This document shows positions 31,001 through 46,900 of a stretch of DNA of 64,000 nucleotides, in pieces. Origin of the DNA: the human T2T-CHM13v2.0 reference genome, Homo sapiens; the NCBI RefSeq assembly GCF_009914755.1, contig NC_060937.1, one strand, 5' to 3'. The first letter of the stretch is position 1, and each line of letters begins with the position of its first letter. The notes under the pieces were generated by a model that was given only the letters and a program-made list of their open reading frames with translations, did no database searches and was not told the DNA's origin. A program made the position numbers and the translations under genes.

Positions 31001-32485
31001 AAAATATGAAATTACAGCAAATATATATTATATTAGGTACATAAAATATGAAAGTACATCAAATATAGATTATATACTGTACATTAAATACCAAAGTACC
31101 CCAAATATATATTTTATACTGTACATGAAATATCAAAGTTCACAAACTATATATTATATACTGTACATAAAATATCAATGTACCCAAGGTATATATTCTA
31201 TACTGCACAAAAAATATCAAAGTACCCAAAGCATGTATTATATACTGTATATAAAATATGAAAGTACATCAAATATATATTTTATTCTGTACATAAAATA
31301 TCAAAGTACACCAGATATATATTCTATAGTGTACATAAAATAACAAAGTACACAAACTATAAATTATATCCTGTACATAAAATATGAAATTACATCAAAT
31401 ATATATTAGGTACATAAAATATGAAAGTACATCAAATATAGATTATATACTGTACATTAAGTACCAAAGTACACCAAATATATATTTTATTCTGTACATA
31501 AAATATCAAAGTACACCAGATATATATTCTATAGTGTACATAAAATATCAAAGTACCCAAACTATACATTATATACTGTACATAAAATATGAAATTACAT
31601 CAAATATATATTATATTAGGGAAATGAAATATGAAAGTACAACAAATATAGATTATATACTGTACATAAAATATGAAAGTACCCCAAATATATATTATAT
31701 ACTCTACATGAAATATCAAAGTTCACAAACTACATATTATATACTGTACATAAAATATCAAAGTACCCAAGGTATATATTCTATACTGTACAAAAAATAT
31801 CAAAGTATCCAAAGCATGTATTATATACTGTATATAAAATATGAAAGTACATCAAATATATATTTTATTCTGTACATAAAATATCAAAGTACACCAGATA
31901 TATATTCTATAGTGTACATAAAATATCAAAGTACCCAAACTATACATTATATACTGTACATAAAATATGAAATTACAGCAAATATATATTATATTAGGTA
32001 CATAAAATATGAAAGTACATCAAATATAGATTATATACTCTACATTAAATACCAAAGTACCCCAAATATATATTTTATACTGTACATGAAATATCAAAGT
32101 TCACAAACTATATATTATATACTGTACATAAAATATCAATGTACCCAAGGTATATATTCTATACTGCACAAAAAATATCAAAGTACCCAAAGCATGTATT
32201 ATATACTGTATATAAAATATGAAAGTACATCAAATATATATTTTATTCTGTACATAAAATATAAAAGTACACCAGATATATATTCTATAGTGTACATAAA
32301 ATATCAAAGTACCCAAACTATACATTATATACTGTACATAAAATATGAAATTACATCAAATATATATTATATTAGGTACATAAAATACGAAAGTATATCA
32401 AATATAGATTATATACTGTACATAAAATATGAAAGTACCCCAATATATATTATATACTCTACATGAAATATCAAAGTTCACAAAC
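28043..32485 (+). repeat. About 2.6 tandem copies of a 1716-bp (41-monomer) unit
   Basis: ORF starts 28192/29908, 29031/30747/32463 and 29668/31384 are all 1716 apart. 1716 = 41x42 minus one 5-bp and one 1-bp deletion, both visible in each full copy. Confidence 0.85.
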
Positions 32486-35400
32486 CATATATTATATACT
32501 GTACATAAAATATCAAAGTACCCAAAGCATGTATTATATAATGTACATAAAATATGAAAGTACATCAAATATATATTTTATTCTGTACATAAAATATCAA
32601 AGAACACCAGATATATATTCTATAGTGTACATAAAATATCAAAGTACCCAAACTATACATTATATACTGTACATAAAATATGAAATTACATCATATATAT
32701 ATTAGGTACATAAAATATGAAAGTACATCAAATATATATTTTATTCTGTACATAAAATATCAAAGTACACCAGATATATATTCTATAGTGTACATAAAAT
32801 AACAAAGTACACAAACTATAAAATATATACTGTACATAAAATATGAAATTACATCAAATATATATTAGGTACATAAAATATGAAAGTACATCAAATATAG
32901 ATTATATACTGTACATATAATATCAATGTACCCGAAATATATATTTTATACTCTACATGAAATATCAAAGTTCACAAACCATATATTGTATACTGCACAT
33001 AAAATATCAAAATACACAAGGTATATATTCTATACTGTACAAAAAATATCAAAGTACCCAAAGCAGGTATTATATACTGTATATAAAATATGAAAGTACA
33101 TCAAATATATATTTTATTCTGTACATAAAATATCAAAGTACACCAGATATATATTCTATAGTGTACATAAAATATCAAGGTACCCAAACTATATATTATA
33201 TACTGTACATAAAATATGAAATTACAGCAAATATATATTATATTAGGTACATAAAATATGAAAGTACATCAAATATAGATTATATACTGTACATTAAATA
33301 CCAAAGTACCCCAAATATATATTTTATACTGTACATGAAATATCAAAGTTCACAAACTATATATTATATACTGTACATAAAATATCAATGTACCCAAGGT
33401 ATATATTCTATACTGCACAAAAAATATCAAAGTACCCAAAGCATGTATTATATACTGTATATAAAATATGAAAGTACATCAAATATATATTTTATTCTGT
33501 ACATAAAATATCAAAGTACACCAGATATATATTCTATAGTGTACATAAAATATCAAAGTACCCAAACTATACATTATATACTGTACATAAATATGAAATT
33601 ACATCAAATATATATTATATTAGGTACATAAAATATGAAAGTACATGAAGTATAGATTATATACTGTAGATAAAATATCAAAGTACCCCAAATTTATATT
33701 ATATACTATACATGAAATATCAAAGTTCACAAACTATATATTATATACTGTACATAAAATATCAAAGTACCCAAGGTATATATTCTATAGTGTACAAAAA
33801 ATATCAAAGTACCCAAAGCATGTATTATATACCGTACATAAAATATAAAATTACATCAAATATATATTTTATTCTGTACATAAAATATCAAAATACACCA
33901 GATATATATACTATAGTGTACATAAAATATCAAAGTACCCAAACTATACATTATACACTGTACATAAAATATGAAATTACATCAAATATATATTAGGTAC
34001 ATAAAATATGAAAGTACATCAAATATAGATTATATACTGTAAATATTATATCAATGTACCCCAAATATATATTTTATACTCTACATGAAATATCAAAGTT
34101 CACAAACCATATATTATATACTGTACATAAAATATCAAAGTACCCAAGGTATATATTCTATACTGAACAAAAAATATCAAAGTACCCAAAGCATGTATTA
34201 TATACTGTACATAAAATATGAAAGTACATCAAATATATATTTTATTCTGTACATAAAATATCAAAGTACACCAGATATATATTCTATAGTGTACATAAAA
34301 TATCAAAGTACCCAAACTATACATTATATACTGTACATAAAATATGAAATTACATCAAATATATATTATATTTGGTACATGAAATATGAAAGTACATCAA
34401 ATATAGATTATATACTGTACATAAAATATGAAAGTACCCCAAATATATATTATATACTCTACATGAAATATCAAAGTTCACCAACTATATATTATATACT
34501 GTACATAAAATATCAAAGTACCCAAGGTATATATTCTATACTGTACAAAAAATATCAAAGTATCCAAAGCATGTATTATATACTGTATATAAAATATGAA
34601 AGTACATGAAATATATATTTTATTCTGTACATAAAATATCAAAGTACACCAGATATATATTCTATAGTGTACATAAAATATCAAAGTACCCAAACTATAC
34701 ATTATATACTGTACATAAAATATGAAATTACAGCAAATATATATTATATTAGGTACATAAAATATGAAAGTACATCAAATATAGATTATATACTGTACAT
34801 TAAATACCAAAGTACCCCAAATATATATTTTATACTGTACATGAAATATCAAAGTTCACAAACTATATATTATATACTGTACATAAAATATCAATGTACC
34901 CAAGGTATATATTCTATACTGCACAAAAAATATCAAAGTACCCAAAGCATGTATTATATACTGTATATAAAATATGAAAGTACATCAAATATATATTTTA
35001 TTCTGTACATAAAATATCAAAGTACACCAGATATATATTCTATAGTGTACATAAAATAACAAAGTACACAAACTATAAATTATATCCTGTACATAAAATA
35101 TGAAATTATATCAAATATATATTAGGTACATAAAATATGAAAGTACATCAAATATAGATTATATACTGTACATTAAGTACCAAAGTACACCAAATATATA
35201 TTTTATACTCTACATGAAATATCAAAGTTCACAAACCATATATTATATACTGTGCATAAAATATCAAAGTACCCAAGGTATATATTCTATACTGTACAAA
35301 AAATATCAAAGTACCCAAAGCATGTATTATATACTATACATAAAATATGAAATTACATCAAATATATATTTTATTCTGTACATAAAATATCAAAGTACAC

Positions 35401-37439
35401 CAGATATATATTCTATAGTGTACATAAAATATCAAAGTACCCAAACTATACATTATATACTGTACATAAAATGTGAAATTACATAAAATATATATTATAT
35501 TAGGTACATAAAATATGAAAGTACATCAAATATAGATTATATACTGTACATTAAATACCAATATACCCCAAATATATATTTTATACTGTACATGAAATAT
35601 CAAAGTTCACACACTATATATTATATACTGTACATAAAATATCAAAGTACCCAAGGTATATATTCTATACTGTACAAAAAACATCAAAGTACCCAAAGCA
35701 TGTATTATATACTGTACATAAAATATGAAAGTACATCAAATATATATTTTATTCTGTACATAAAATATCAAAGTACACCAGATATATATTCTATAGTGTA
35801 CATAAAATAACAAAGTACCCAAACTATACATTATATACTGTACATAAAATATGAAATTACATCAAATATATATTATATTAGGTACATAAAATAAGAAAGT
35901 ACATCAAATATAGATTATATACTGTACATAAAATATCAAAGTACCCCAAATATATATTATATACTCTACATGAAATATCAAAGTTCACAAACTATATATT
36001 ATATACTGTACATAAAATATCAAAATACCCAAGGTATATATTCTATACTGTACAAAAAATATCAAAGTACCCAAAGCAGGTATTATATACTGTAAATAAA
36101 ATATGAAAGTACATCAAATATATATTTTATTCTGTACATAAAATATCAAAGTACACCAGATATATATTCTATAGCGTACATAAAATATCAAAGTACACAT
36201 ACTGTACATTATATACTGTATATAAAATATGAAATTAAATCAAATATATATTATATTAGGTACATAAAATATGAAAGTACATCAAATATAGATTATATAC
36301 TGTACATTAAATACCAAAGTACCCCAAATATATATTTTATACTGTACATGAAATTTCAAAGTTCACAAACTATATATTATATACTGTACATAAAATATCA
36401 AAGTACCCAAGGTATATATTCTATACTGTACAAAAAATATCAAAGTACCCAAAGCATGTATTATATACTGTACATAAAATATGAAAGTACATCAAATATA
36501 TATTTTATTCTGTACATAAAATATCAAAGTACACCAGATATATATTCTATAGTGTACATAAAATATCAAAGTACCCAAACTATACATTATATACTGTACA
36601 TAAAATATGAAATTACATCAAATATATATTATATTAGGTACATGAAATATGAAAGTACATCAAATATAGATTATATACTGTACATAAAATATGAAAGTAC
36701 CCCAAATATATATTATATACTCTACATGAAATATCAAAGTTCACAAACTATATATTATATACTGTACATAAAATATCAAAGTACCCAAGGTATATATTCT
36801 ATACTGTACAAAAAATATCAAAGTATCCAAAGCAGGTATTATATACTGTATATAAAATATGAAAGTACATCAAATATATATTTTATTCTGTACATAAAAT
36901 ATCAAAGTACACCAGATATATATTCTATAGTGTACATAAAATATCAAGGTACCCAAACTATATATTATATACTGTACATAAAATATGAAATTACAGCAAA
37001 TATATATTATATTAGGTACATAAAATATGAAAGTACATCAAATATAGATTATATACTGTACATTAAATACCAAAGTACCCCAAATATATATTTTATACTG
37101 TACATGAAATATCAAAGTTCACAAACTATATATTATATACTGTACATAAAATATCAATGTACCCAAGGTATATATTCTATACTGCACAAAAAATATCAAA
37201 GTACCCAAAGCATGTATTATATACTGTATATAAAATATGAAAGTACATCAAATATATATTTTATTCTGTACATAAAATAACAAAGTACACCAGATATATA
37301 TTCTATAGTGTACATAAAATATCAAAGTACCCAAACTATACATTATATACTGTACATAAATATGAAATTACATCAAATATATATTATATTAGGTACATAA
37401 AATATGAAAGTACATGAAGTATAGATTATATACTGTACA

Positions 37440-40400
37440 TAAAATATCAAAGTACCCCAAATATATATTATACACTCTACATGAAATATCAAAGTTCACA
37501 AACTATATATTATATACTGTACATAAAATATCAAAGTACCCAAGGTATATATTCTATACTGTACAAAAAATATCAAAGTACCCAAAGCATGTATTATATA
37601 CTGTATACAAAATATGAAAATACATTAAATATATTTTTTATTCTGTACATAAAATATCAAAGTACACCAGATATGTATTCTATAGTGTACATAAAATAAC
37701 AAAGTACACAAACTATAAATTATATACTGTACGTAAAATATGAAATTACATCAAATATATATTAGGTACATAAAATATGAAAGTACATCAAATATAGATT
37801 ATATACTGTACATATAATATCAATGTACCCCAAATATATATTTTATACTGTACATGAAATATCAAAGTTCACAAACCATACATTATATACTGTACATAAA
37901 ATATCAAAGTACCCAAGGTATATATTCTATACTGTACGAAAAATATCAAAGTACCCAAAGCATGTATTATATACTGTACCTAAAATATGAAAGTACATCA
38001 AATATATATTTTATTCTGTACATAAAATATCAAAGTACACCAGATATATATTCTATAGTGTACATAAAATATCAAAGTACCCAAACTATACATTATATAC
38101 TGTACATAAAATATGAAATTACATCAAATATATTTTATATTAGGTACATAAAATATGAAAGTACATCAAATATAGATTATATACTGTACATTAAATACCA
38201 AAGTTCCCCAAATATATATTTTATACTGTACATGAAATATCAAAGTTCACAAACTATATATTATATACTGTACATATAATATCAAAGTACCCAAGGTATA
38301 TATTCTATACTGTACAAAAAATAACAAAGTACCAAAAGCATGTGCAATATACTGTACATAAAATATGAAAGTACATCAAATATATATTTTATTCTGTACA
38401 TAAAATATCAAAGTACACAAGATATATATTCTATAGTGTACATAAAATATCAAAGTACCCAAACTATACATTATATACTGTAAATAAAATATGAAATTAC
38501 ATCAAATATATTTTATATTAGGTACATAAAATATGAAAGTACATCAAATATATATTTTATTCTGTACATAAAATATCAAAGTACACCAGATATATATTCT
38601 ATAGTGTACATAAAATATCAAAGTACCCAAACTATACATTATATACTGTACATAAAATATGAAATTATATCAAATATATTTTATATTAGGTACATAAAAT
38701 ATGAAAGTACATCAAATATAGATTATATACTGTACATTATATACCAAAGTACCCCAAATATATATTTTATACTGTACATGAAATATCAAAGTTCACAAAC
38801 TATATATTATATACTGTACATATAATATCAAAGAATCCAAGGTATATATTCTATACTGTACAAAAAATAACAAAGTACCAAAAGCATGTATTATATACTG
38901 TACCTAAAATATGAAATTACATCAAATATATATTTTATTCTGTACATAAAATATCAAAGTACACCAGATATATATTCTATAGTGTACATAAAATATCAAA
39001 GTACCCAAACTATACATTATATACTGTACATAAAATATGAAATTACATCAAATATATTTTATATTAGGTACATAAAATATGAAAGTACATGAAATATAGA
39101 TTATATACTGTACATAAAATATCAAGGTACCCCAAATATATATTATATACTCTACATGAAATATCAAAGTTCACAAACTATATATTATATACTGTACATA
39201 AAATATCAAAGTACCCAAGGTATATATTCTATACTGTACAAAAAATAACAAAGTACCAAAAGCATGTATAATATACTGTACATAAATTTGAAAGTACATC
39301 AAATATATATTTTATTCTGTATATAAAATATCAAAGTACACCAGATATATATTCTATAGTGTACATAAAATATCAAAGTACCCAAACTATACATTATATA
39401 CTGTAAATAAAATATGAAATTACATCAAATATATTTTATATTAGGTACATAAAATATGAAAGTACATCAAATATATATTTTATTCTGTACATAAAATATC
39501 AAAGTACACCAGATATATATTCTATAGTGTACATAAAATATCAAAGTACCCAAACTATACATTATAAACTGTACATAAAATATGAAATTACATCAAATAT
39601 ATTTTATATTAGGTACATAAAATATGAAAGTACATCAAATATAGATTATATACAGTACATTAAATACCAAAGTACCCCAAATATATATTTTATACTGTAC
39701 ATGAAATATCAAAGTTCACAAACTATATATTATATACTGTACATATAATATCAAAGTACCCAAGGTATATATTCTATACTGTACAAAAAATATCAAAGTA
39801 CCCAAAGCATGCATTATATACTGTATATAAAATATGAAAATACATTAAATATATATTTTATTCCGTACATAAAATATCAAAGTACACCAGATATATATTC
39901 TATAGTGTACATAAAATAACAAAGTACACAAACTATAAATTATATACTGTACGTAAAATATGAAATTACATCAAATATATATTAGGTACATAAAATATGA
40001 AAGTACATCAAATATAGATTATATACTGTACATATAATATCAATGTACCCCAAATATATATTTTATACTCTACATGAAATATCAAAGTTCACAAACCATA
40101 TATTATATACTGTACATAAAATATCAAAGTACCCAAGGTATATATTCTATACTGTACAAAAAATATCAAAGTACCCAAAGCATGTATTATATACTGTACA
40201 TAAAATATGAAAGTACATCAAATATATATATTATTCTGTACATAAAATATCAAAGTACACCAGATATATATTCTATAGTGTACATAAAATATCAAAATAC
40301 CCAAACTATACATTATATACTGTACATAAAATATGAAATTACATCAAATATATATTATATTAGGTACATAAAATATGAAAGCACATCAAATATAGATTAT

Positions 40401-43400
40401 ATACTGTACATTAAATACCAAAGTACCCCAAATATATATTTTATACTGTACATCAAATATAAAAGTTCACAAACTATATATTATATACTGTACATAAAAT
40501 ATCAAAGTACCCAAGGTATATATTCTATACTGTACAAAAAATATCAAAGTACCCAAAGCATGTATTATATACTGTACATAAAATATGAAAGTACATCAAA
40601 TATATATTTTATTCTGTACTTAAAATATCAAAGTACACCAGATATATATTCTATAGTGTACATAAAATATCAAAGTACCCAAACTATACATTATATACTG
40701 TACATAAAATATGAGATTACATCAAATATATATTATATTAGCTACATAAAATATGAAAGTACATCAGATATAGATTATATACTGTACATAAAATATCAAA
40801 GTACCCCAAATATATATTATATACTCTACATGAAATATCAAAGTTCACAAACTATATATTATATACTGTACATAAAATATCAAAATACCCAAGGTATATA
40901 TTCTATACTGTACAAAATATATCAAAGTACCCAAAGCATGTATTATATACTGTATACAAAATATGAAAATACATTAAATATATATTTTATTCTGTACATA
41001 AAATATCAAAGTACACCAGATATGTATTCTATAGTGTACATAAAATAACAAAGTACACAAACTATAAATTATATACTGTACGTAAAATATGAAATTACAT
41101 CAAATATATATTAGGTACATAAAATATGAAAGTACATCAAATATAGATTATACACTGTACATATAATATCAATGTACCCCAAATATATATTTTATACTGT
41201 ACATGAAATATCAAAGTTCACAAACCATACATTATATACTATACATAAAATATCAAAGTACCCAAGGTATATATTCTATACTGTACGAAAAATATCAAAG
41301 TACCGAAAGCATGTATTATATACTGTACCTAAAATATGAAAGTACATCAAATATATATTTTATTCTGTACATAAAATATCAAAGTACACCAGATATATAT
41401 TCTATAGTGTACATAAAATATCAAAGTACCCAAACTATACATTATATACTGTACATAAAATATGAGATTACATCAAATATATATTATATTAGCTACATAA
41501 AATATGAAAGTACATCAGATATAGATTATATACTGTACATAAAATATCAAAGTACCCCAAATATATATTATATACTCTACATGAAATATCAAAGTTCACA
41601 AACTATATATTATATACTGTACATAAAATATCAAAGTACCCAAGGTATATATTCTATACTGTACAAAAAATATCAAAGTACCCAAAGCATGTATTATATA
41701 CTGTATACAAAATATGAAAATACATTAAATATATATTTTATTCTGTACATAAAATATCAAAGTACACCAGATATGTATTCTATAGTGTACATAAAATAAC
41801 AAAGTACACAAACTATAAATTATATACTGTACGTAAAATATGAAATTACATCAAATATATATTAGGTACATAAAATATGAAAGTACATCAAATATAGATT
41901 ATACACTGTACATATAATATCAATGTACCCCAAATATATATTTTATACTGTACATGAAATATCAAAGTTCACAAACCATACATTATATACTGTACATAAA
42001 ATATCAAAGTACCCAAGGTATATATTCTATACTGTACGAAAAATATCAAAGTACCCAAAGCATGTATTATATACTGTACCTAAAATATGAAAGTACATCA
42101 AATATATATTTTATTCTGTACATAAAATATCAAAGTACACCAGATATATATTCTATAGTGTACATAAAATATCAAAGTATCCAAACTATACATTATATAC
42201 TGTACATAAAATATGAAATTACATCAAATATATTTTATATTAGGTACATAAAATATGAAAGTACATCAAATATAGATTATATACTGTACATTAAATACCA
42301 AAGTTCCCCAAATATATATTTTATACTGTACATGAAATATCAAAGTTCACAAACTATATATTATATACTGTACATATAATATCAAAGTACCCAAGGTATA
42401 TATTCTATACTGTACAAAAAATAACAAAGTACCAAAAGCATGTGTAATATACTGTACATAAAATATGAAAGTACATCAAATATATATTTTATTCTGTACA
42501 TAAAATATCAAAGTACACCAGATATATATTCTATAGTGTACATAAAATATCAAAGTACCCAAACTATACATTATATACTGTACATAAAATATGAGATTAC
42601 ATCAAATATATATTATATTAGCTACATAAAATATGAAAGTACATCAGATATAGATTATATACTGTACATAAAATATCAAAGTACCCCAAATATATATTAT
42701 ATACTCTACATGAAATATCAAAGTTCACAAACTATATATTATATACTGTACATAAAATATCAAAGTACCCAAGGTATATATTCTATACTGTAAAAAAAAT
42801 ACCAAAGTACCCAAAGCAAGTATTATATACTGTATACAAAATATGAAAATACATTAAATATATATTTTATTCTGTACATAAAATATCAAAGTACACCAGA
42901 TATGTATTCTATAGTGTACATAAAATAACAAAGTACACAAACTATAAATTATATACTGTACGTAAAATATGAAATTACATGAAATATATATTAGGTACAT
43001 AAAATATGAAAGTACATCAAATATAGATTATACACTGTACATATAATATCAATGTTCCCCAAATATATATTTTATAGTGTACATGAAATATCAAAGTTCA
43101 CAAACCATACATTATATACTGTACATAAAATATCAAAGTACCCAAGGTATATATTCTATACTGTACGAAAAATATCAAAGTACCCAAAGCATGAATTATA
43201 TACTGTACCTAAAATATGAAAGTACATCAAATATATATTTTATTCTGTACATAAAATATCAAAGTACACCAGATATATATTCTATAGTGTACATAAAATA
43301 TCAAAGTACCCAAACTATACATTATATACTGTACATAAAATATGAAATTACATCAAATATATTTTATATTAGGTACATAAAATATGAAAGTACATGAAAT

Positions 43401-43900
43401 ATAGATTATATACTGTACATTAAATACCAAAGTTCCCCAAATATATATTTTATACTGTACATGAAATATCAAAGTTCACAAACTATATATTATATACTGT
43501 ACATATAATATCAAAGTACCCAAGGTATATATTCTATACTGTACAAAAAATAACAATGTACCAAAAGCATGTGTAATATACTGTACATAAAATATGAAAG
43601 TACATCAAATATATATTTTATTCTGTACATAAAATATCAAAGTACACCAGATATATATTCTATAGTGTACATAAAATATCAAAGTACCCAAACTATACAT
43701 TATATACTGTAAATAAAATATGAAATTACATCAAATATATTTTATATTAGGTACATAAAATATGAAAGTACATCAAATATATATTTTATTCTGTACATAA
43801 AATATCAAAGTACACCAGATATATATTCTATAGTGTACATAAAATATCAAAGTACCCAAACTATACATTATATACTGTACATAAAATATGAAATTACATC
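37440..43900 (+). repeat. Variant domain A (right part)
   Basis: ORFs at 37854, 38604, 38886 and 39089 mirror those at 7081, 7831, 8113 and 8316 at a constant 30773 offset. The 37854-to-41203 spacing is 3349 (3350 minus a 1-bp deletion near 39285). Confidence 0.8.
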
Positions 43901-46900
43901 AAATATATATTAGGTACATAAAATATGAAAGTACATCAAATATAGATTATATACTGTACATATAATATCAATGTACCCCAAATATATATTTTACACTCTA
44001 CATGAAATATCAAAGTTCACAAACCATATATTATATACTGTACATAAAATATCAAAGTACCCAAGGTATATATTCTATACTATACAAAAAATATCAAAGT
44101 ACCCAAAGCATGTATTATATACTATACATAAAATATGAAAATACATCAAATATATATTTTATTCTGTACATAATATATCAAAGTACACCAGATATATATT
44201 CTATAGTGTACATAAAATATCAAAGTACCCAAACTATACATTATATACTGCACATAAAATATGAGATTACATCAAATATATATTATATTAGGTACATAAA
44301 ATATGAAAGTACATCAGATATAGATTATATACTGTACATAAAATATCAAAGTACCCCAAATATATATTATATACTCTACATGAAATATCAAAGTTCACAA
44401 ACTATATATTATATACTGTACATAAAATATCAAAGTACCCAAGGTATATATTCTATACTGTACAAAAAACATCAAAGTACCCAAAGCATGCATTATATAC
44501 TGTACATAAAATATGAAAGTACATCAAATATATATTTTATTCTGTACATAAAATATCAAAGTACACCAGATATATATTCTATAGTGTACATAAAATAACA
44601 AAGTACAAAAACTATACATTATATACTGTACATAAAATATGAAATTACATCAAATATATTTTATATTAGGTACATAAAATATGAAAGTACATCAAATATA
44701 GATTATATACTGTACATAAAATATCAAAGTACCCCAAATATATATTATATACTCTACATGAAATATCAAAGTTCACAAACTATATATTATATACTGTACA
44801 TAAAATATCAAAGTACCCAAGGTATATATTCTATACTGTACAAAAAATATCAAAGTACCCAAAGCATGTATTATATACTGTATACAAAATATGAAAATAC
44901 ATTAAATATATATTTTATTCTGTACATAAAATATCAAAGTACACCAGATATGTATTCTATAGTGTACATAAAATAACAAAGTACACAAACTATAAATTAT
45001 ATACTGTACGTAAAATATGAAATTACATCAAATATATATTAGGTACATAAAATATGAAAGTACATCAAATATAGATTATATACTGTACATATAATATCAA
45101 TGTACCCCAAATATATATTTTATACTCTACATGAAATATCAAAGTTCACAAACCATACATTATATACTGTTTATAAAATATCAAAGTACCCAAGGTATAT
45201 ATTCTATACTGTATGAAAAATATCAAAGTACCCAAAGCATGTATTATATACTGTACATAAAATATGAAAGTACATCAAATATATATTTCATTCTGTACAT
45301 AAAATATCAAAGTACACCAGATATATATTCTATAGTGTACATAAAATATCAAAGTACCCAAACTATACATTATATACTGTACATAAAATATGAAATTCCA
45401 TCAAATATATATTATATTAGGTACATAAAATATGAAAGTACATCAAATATAGGTTATATACTGTATATTAAATACCAAAGTACCCCAAATATATATTTTA
45501 TACTGTACATAAAATATCAAAGTACCCAAGGTATATATTCTATACTGTACAAAAAATATCAAAGTACCCAAAGCATGTATTATATACTGTACATAAAATA
45601 TGAAAGTACATCAAATATATATTTCATTCTGTACATAAAATATCAAAGTACACCAGATATATATTCTATAGTGTACATAAAATATCAAAGTACCCAAACT
45701 ATACATTATATACTGTACATAAAATATGAAATTACATCAAATATATATTATATTAGGTACATAAAATATGAAAGTACATCAAATATAGGTTATATACTGT
45801 ATATTAAATACCAAAGTACCCCAAATATATATTTTATACTGTACATGAAATATCAAAGTTCACAAACTGTATATTATATACTGTACATAAAATATCAAAG
45901 TACCCAAGGTATATATTCTATACTGTACAAAAAATATCAAAGTACCCAAAGCATGTATTATATACTGTACATAAAATATGAAAGTACATCAAATATATAT
46001 TTTATTCTGTACATAAAATATCAAAGTACACCAGATATATATTATATAGTGTACATAAAATATCAAAGTACCCAAACTATACATTATATACTGTACATAA
46101 AATATGAAATTACATCAAATATATATTAGGTACATAAAATATGAAAGTACATCAAATATAGATTATATACTGTACATAAAATATCAAAGTACCCCAAATA
46201 TATATTATATACTGTACATAAAATATCAAAGTACCCAGGTATATATTCTATACTGTACAAAAAATATCAAAGTACCCAAAGCATGTATTATATACTGTAC
46301 ATAAAATATGAAAGTACATCAAATATATATTTTATTCTGTACATAAAATATCAAAGTACACCAGATATATATTCCATAATGTACATAAAATAACAAAGTA
46401 CAAAAACTATAAATTATATACTGTACATAAAATATGAAATTACATCAAATATATATTAGGTACATAAAATATGAAAGTATATCAAATATAGATTATATAC
46501 TGTACATATAATATCAATGTACACCAAATATATATTTTATACTCTACATGAAATATCAAAGTTCACAAACCATATATTATATACTGTACATAAAATATCA
46601 AAGTACCCAAGGTATATATTCTATACTGTACAAAAAATATCAAAGTACCCAAAGCATGTATTATATACTGTACATAAAATATGAAAGTACATCAAATATA
46701 TATTTTATTCTGTACATAATATATCAAAGTACACCAGATATATATTCTATAGTGTACATAAAATATCAAAGTACCCAAACTATACATTATATACTATACA
46801 TAAAATATGAAATTACATCAAATATATATTATATTAGGTACATAAAATATGAAAGCACATCAAATATAGATTATATACTGTACATTAAATACCAAAATAC

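Larger units (their letters stand above)
9930..37440 (+). repeat. Variant domain B: mosaic of 1-3 kb duplicated segments
   Basis: Markers absent from A are ATTACAGCAAAT (M7), CAATGTACCCAAGG...CTGCACAAAA (M2/M3), AGGTAAATGAAA, CAAAGAACACC, CAAACTACCC, the 1-bp deletion CCCCAATATA, TACATGAAGTATAG and CCCCAAATTTAT. Confidence 0.75.

Noticed and set aside
34478-34702. The only - strand ORF in the track (74 aa)
   Set aside because: It is the reverse complement of ordinary monomers, opened by chance variants (e.g. near 34481 and 34608).
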